From Phoronis australis (lineage: Eukaryota > Animalia > Phoronida), in NCBI GenBank assembly GCA_002633005.1, contig NMRA01000239.1:548502-612501 (forward strand): DNA of 64,000 nt, written 5' to 3'. The translations under genes and the position numbers were made by a program. Below are positions 63,956 to 64,000 of this stretch, one piece after another. The number at the start of each line of letters is the position of its first letter. The stretch's first letter is position 1. The notes under the pieces are model-generated. The model saw nothing but the letters and a program-made list of their open reading frames with translations, was not told the origin of the DNA and did no database searches.

Positions 63956-64000
63956 ATAACCTTAACCCTAACCCTAACCCTAACCCTAATACTAACCCTA
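63956..64000. repeat. (CCCTAA)n telomere-type repeat, degenerate, running off the window edge
   Basis: TAACCTTAACCCTAACCCTAACCCTAACCCTAATACTAACCCTA. Confidence 0.85.

Overview
AT-rich, intron-rich animal genomic DNA from a draft assembly, with one 276-N gap and three single-N joins. It is probably from a marine invertebrate (lophotrochozoan-like; this is an inference). Four protein-coding genes were reconstructed by hand from splice sites and protein motifs: (1) the 5' part of an angiotensin-converting-enzyme-like (peptidase M2) gene on the minus strand, running off the left edge, whose second coding exon looks frameshifted by a 23-bp insertion; (2) a complete 9-exon NR2E nuclear receptor with the CDGCRG P-box (NR2E6/PNR-like, minus); (3) a 13-exon SLC13 Na+/carboxylate-sulfate cotransporter (minus); (4) an intronless FUN14/FUNDC-domain gene (plus). 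The rest is dense with non-autonomous transposons (Tc1/mariner-, hAT-, EnSpm-, Helentron-like and 5-bp-TSD MITEs), LINE fragments, tRNA-derived SINE heads and long hairpins. Two non-genic signals stand out: two inverted copies of a repeat element that carry arrays of CTCF-consensus motifs and bracket the NR2E gene, and a strong excess of TACATGTA, which in two places is demonstrably a CATGTA insertion at a TA site (Tc1-type excision footprint). All coordinates were read by eye and may be off by a few bases.
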